In this document: piece after piece, positions 62,641 to 64,000 of the stretch | Layout of the letters: each line of letters begins with the position of its first letter | Numbering within the stretch: the stretch's first letter is position 1 | NCBI GenBank assembly: GCA_013239625.1 | Contig: MU053379.1 | Coordinates: 4,769,639 to 4,833,638, forward strand | Direction of reading: 5' to 3' | Source: Lama guanicoe | Lineage: Eukaryota | Length of the DNA: 64,000 bases | The notes under the pieces: model-generated | The model's input: only the letters and a program-made list of their open reading frames with translations | Database searches by the model: none | What the model was told of the DNA's origin: nothing | Position numbers and translations under genes: made by a program

Positions 62641-63359
62641 GCTGAATCATTCAACACGCCTCCATTGTCTTCCTGCTGCCCGGCGGCCTGGCGGCCTTCG
62701 TCCTCCGATGTTGGTTGCTGAGCAAATTATCTGCCCTTTCCCTCCAGCTGCTTTTATGGTCTCCCTGAATGTCGTGTCTGTCGGTCAAGTGCAGCGTGTG
62801 GGTCCCGGCCGTGGGGAGCTTGCCTGCTTGCTGAAGGCGGCTCATCCCCTCAAGGGCTTAATCCCAGACTCCGGCTTCTTGTGCCACGTGGATCATGTGT
62901 CCCAGACCGTGGAGTCTCTGAGACCCGTCTTAGCATGTCCTCGCAGAAGGGATCTGCATTTGCTTCTGCCAGAGTCAGGGCGGAGGGTTCACCGCCCCAA
63001 GCACCCACCCCCGAACCAAGTGTTCCGCTGTGATTCTCCAGGCTCAGGGAGCGGGAGCCCTCGGGGCGTGAGTGCAGGCTTGCGGCTGGACAGTCTCAGA
63101 GATGAAGGCGCCCCAGCACCCGCCCAGGGCAGCAGGTTCCCCCACGATCTTGGCCACAAGGATGCTTGCTTGCAAGACTCCTGTCCCTCCCGCTCACTGG
63201 AGGGGGGAAGGCATCCTGCTGAATCTGTGCTCTCTTTCACAGTCTTCGCACGGAATTCTTTGACCCGTGGGCAGCTCCATGTCCCCAAACCATGGAGTGG
63301 GCTGGGGTGGCTGTCGCTGCTGTTGACGGTCAGGGTGGAGGCAGCGTCACTTGCACTGA

Positions 63360-63378
63360 GGGTGCTGGTGGTGTTCAT

Positions 63379-63410
<32 letters not shown>

Positions 63411-63421
63411 TGGTGGTGGTG
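63360..63421. repeat. (GGT/GGC)n repeat
   Basis: Directly visible. Confidence 0.9.
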
Positions 63422-63439
63422 CTGGGGGAGCGTGATGGC

Positions 63440-63763
63440 CAGGAATCGGTCAGCTTTTTCAGTAAGAGCCCGAGAATAAATATTTTAGGGTTTTAGACCA
63501 TCTGGCCTCTGTCACAGGTGCTCAACAACTCTGCCCTTCTTATGCCCAATAGCCGTGGGCACGTGTGAATGAGCAAGGGCACGGGGTGTGGTTCAACAAA
63601 ACTATATTTATGGACTTTGGAATTCCTTACTTTTCGTGTATCATGGAATATACTTCTTGTCTTCAGTCATTTAGAAATGTAAAAATCTTTCTTAGCTTGT
63701 GGGCTGTACAAATGCAGGCACTGGGAGGGATTTATCCTGTGGCCTGTAGTTTGCCAATTCCTG
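63440..63763 (+). mobile_element. MER58B-like hAT-Charlie MITE
   Basis: Imperfect TIRs caggaatcggtcagct ... agtttgccaattcctg and typical internal motifs 'aataaatattttagg', 'caacaaaactatatttatggac' and 'ttcttagcttgtgggctgtacaaa'. Confidence 0.85.
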
Positions 63764-63766
63764 GCA

Positions 63767-63892
63767 ATGGTGGTGATGGTGGTGTTAGAGATGGTGATGG
63801 TGGTGATGGCGGTGGTGGTGGTGATGGTGGGTGGTGGTCATGGTGGTGGTGGTGGTCATGGTGGTGGTGGTGGTGACTGTGGTGGTGGTGAA
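63767..63892. repeat. (GGT/GAT)n repeat
   Basis: Directly visible. Confidence 0.92.
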
Positions 63893-64000
63893 GGTGGACA
63901 CAGAGGAGCTATTGGTGAAGGAGGCTCTTCCCACATCTTCCTTAAAACTGAGATGGAGACTCACAAACCTGAAGGAAGTTGGCACAAGTTTCACAGACAG

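Noticed and set aside
62516..63496. 326-aa ORF with a hydrophobic C-terminal stretch
   Set aside because: The poly-Val/Ala run derives from the (GGT)n repeat and the ORF ends overlap L1 and MER58 remnants; no recognisable domain.

Overview
This window is GC-rich, CpG-rich mammalian genomic DNA, most likely from a camelid. That assignment rests on two tRNA-derived SINEs resembling the camelid Vic-1 family. It contains two assembly gaps (2944-3441 and 9733-9831). I could not recognise any protein-coding exon: the ORF track is explained by high GC content, simple repeats and decayed LINE-1. The main structure is a strong CpG island at about 33.4-34.7 kb carrying a probable non-coding first exon on the + strand (donor AG|GTAAGT at 34000/34001, second donor at 34137/34138). 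The remaining ~30 kb looks like intron 1 of that unidentified gene and contains a near-consensus REST/NRSF (RE1) site at 54143-54163, suggesting a neuronal gene. A second CpG island with a GC-box array surrounds the first gap and may hide another promoter. The rest is interspersed repeats (L1, L2, MIR, MaLR/ERVL LTRs, hAT MITEs, SINEs) and tandem repeats. Repeat family names come from remembered consensus motifs, not from a database search. I found no evidence of a new multi-gene biological system. The best leads are regulatory or evolutionary: the RE1 site, a perfect DR4 element made by a 10-bp duplication inside an LTR, an AGGTCA minisatellite, and strongly GC-shifted repeat remnants.
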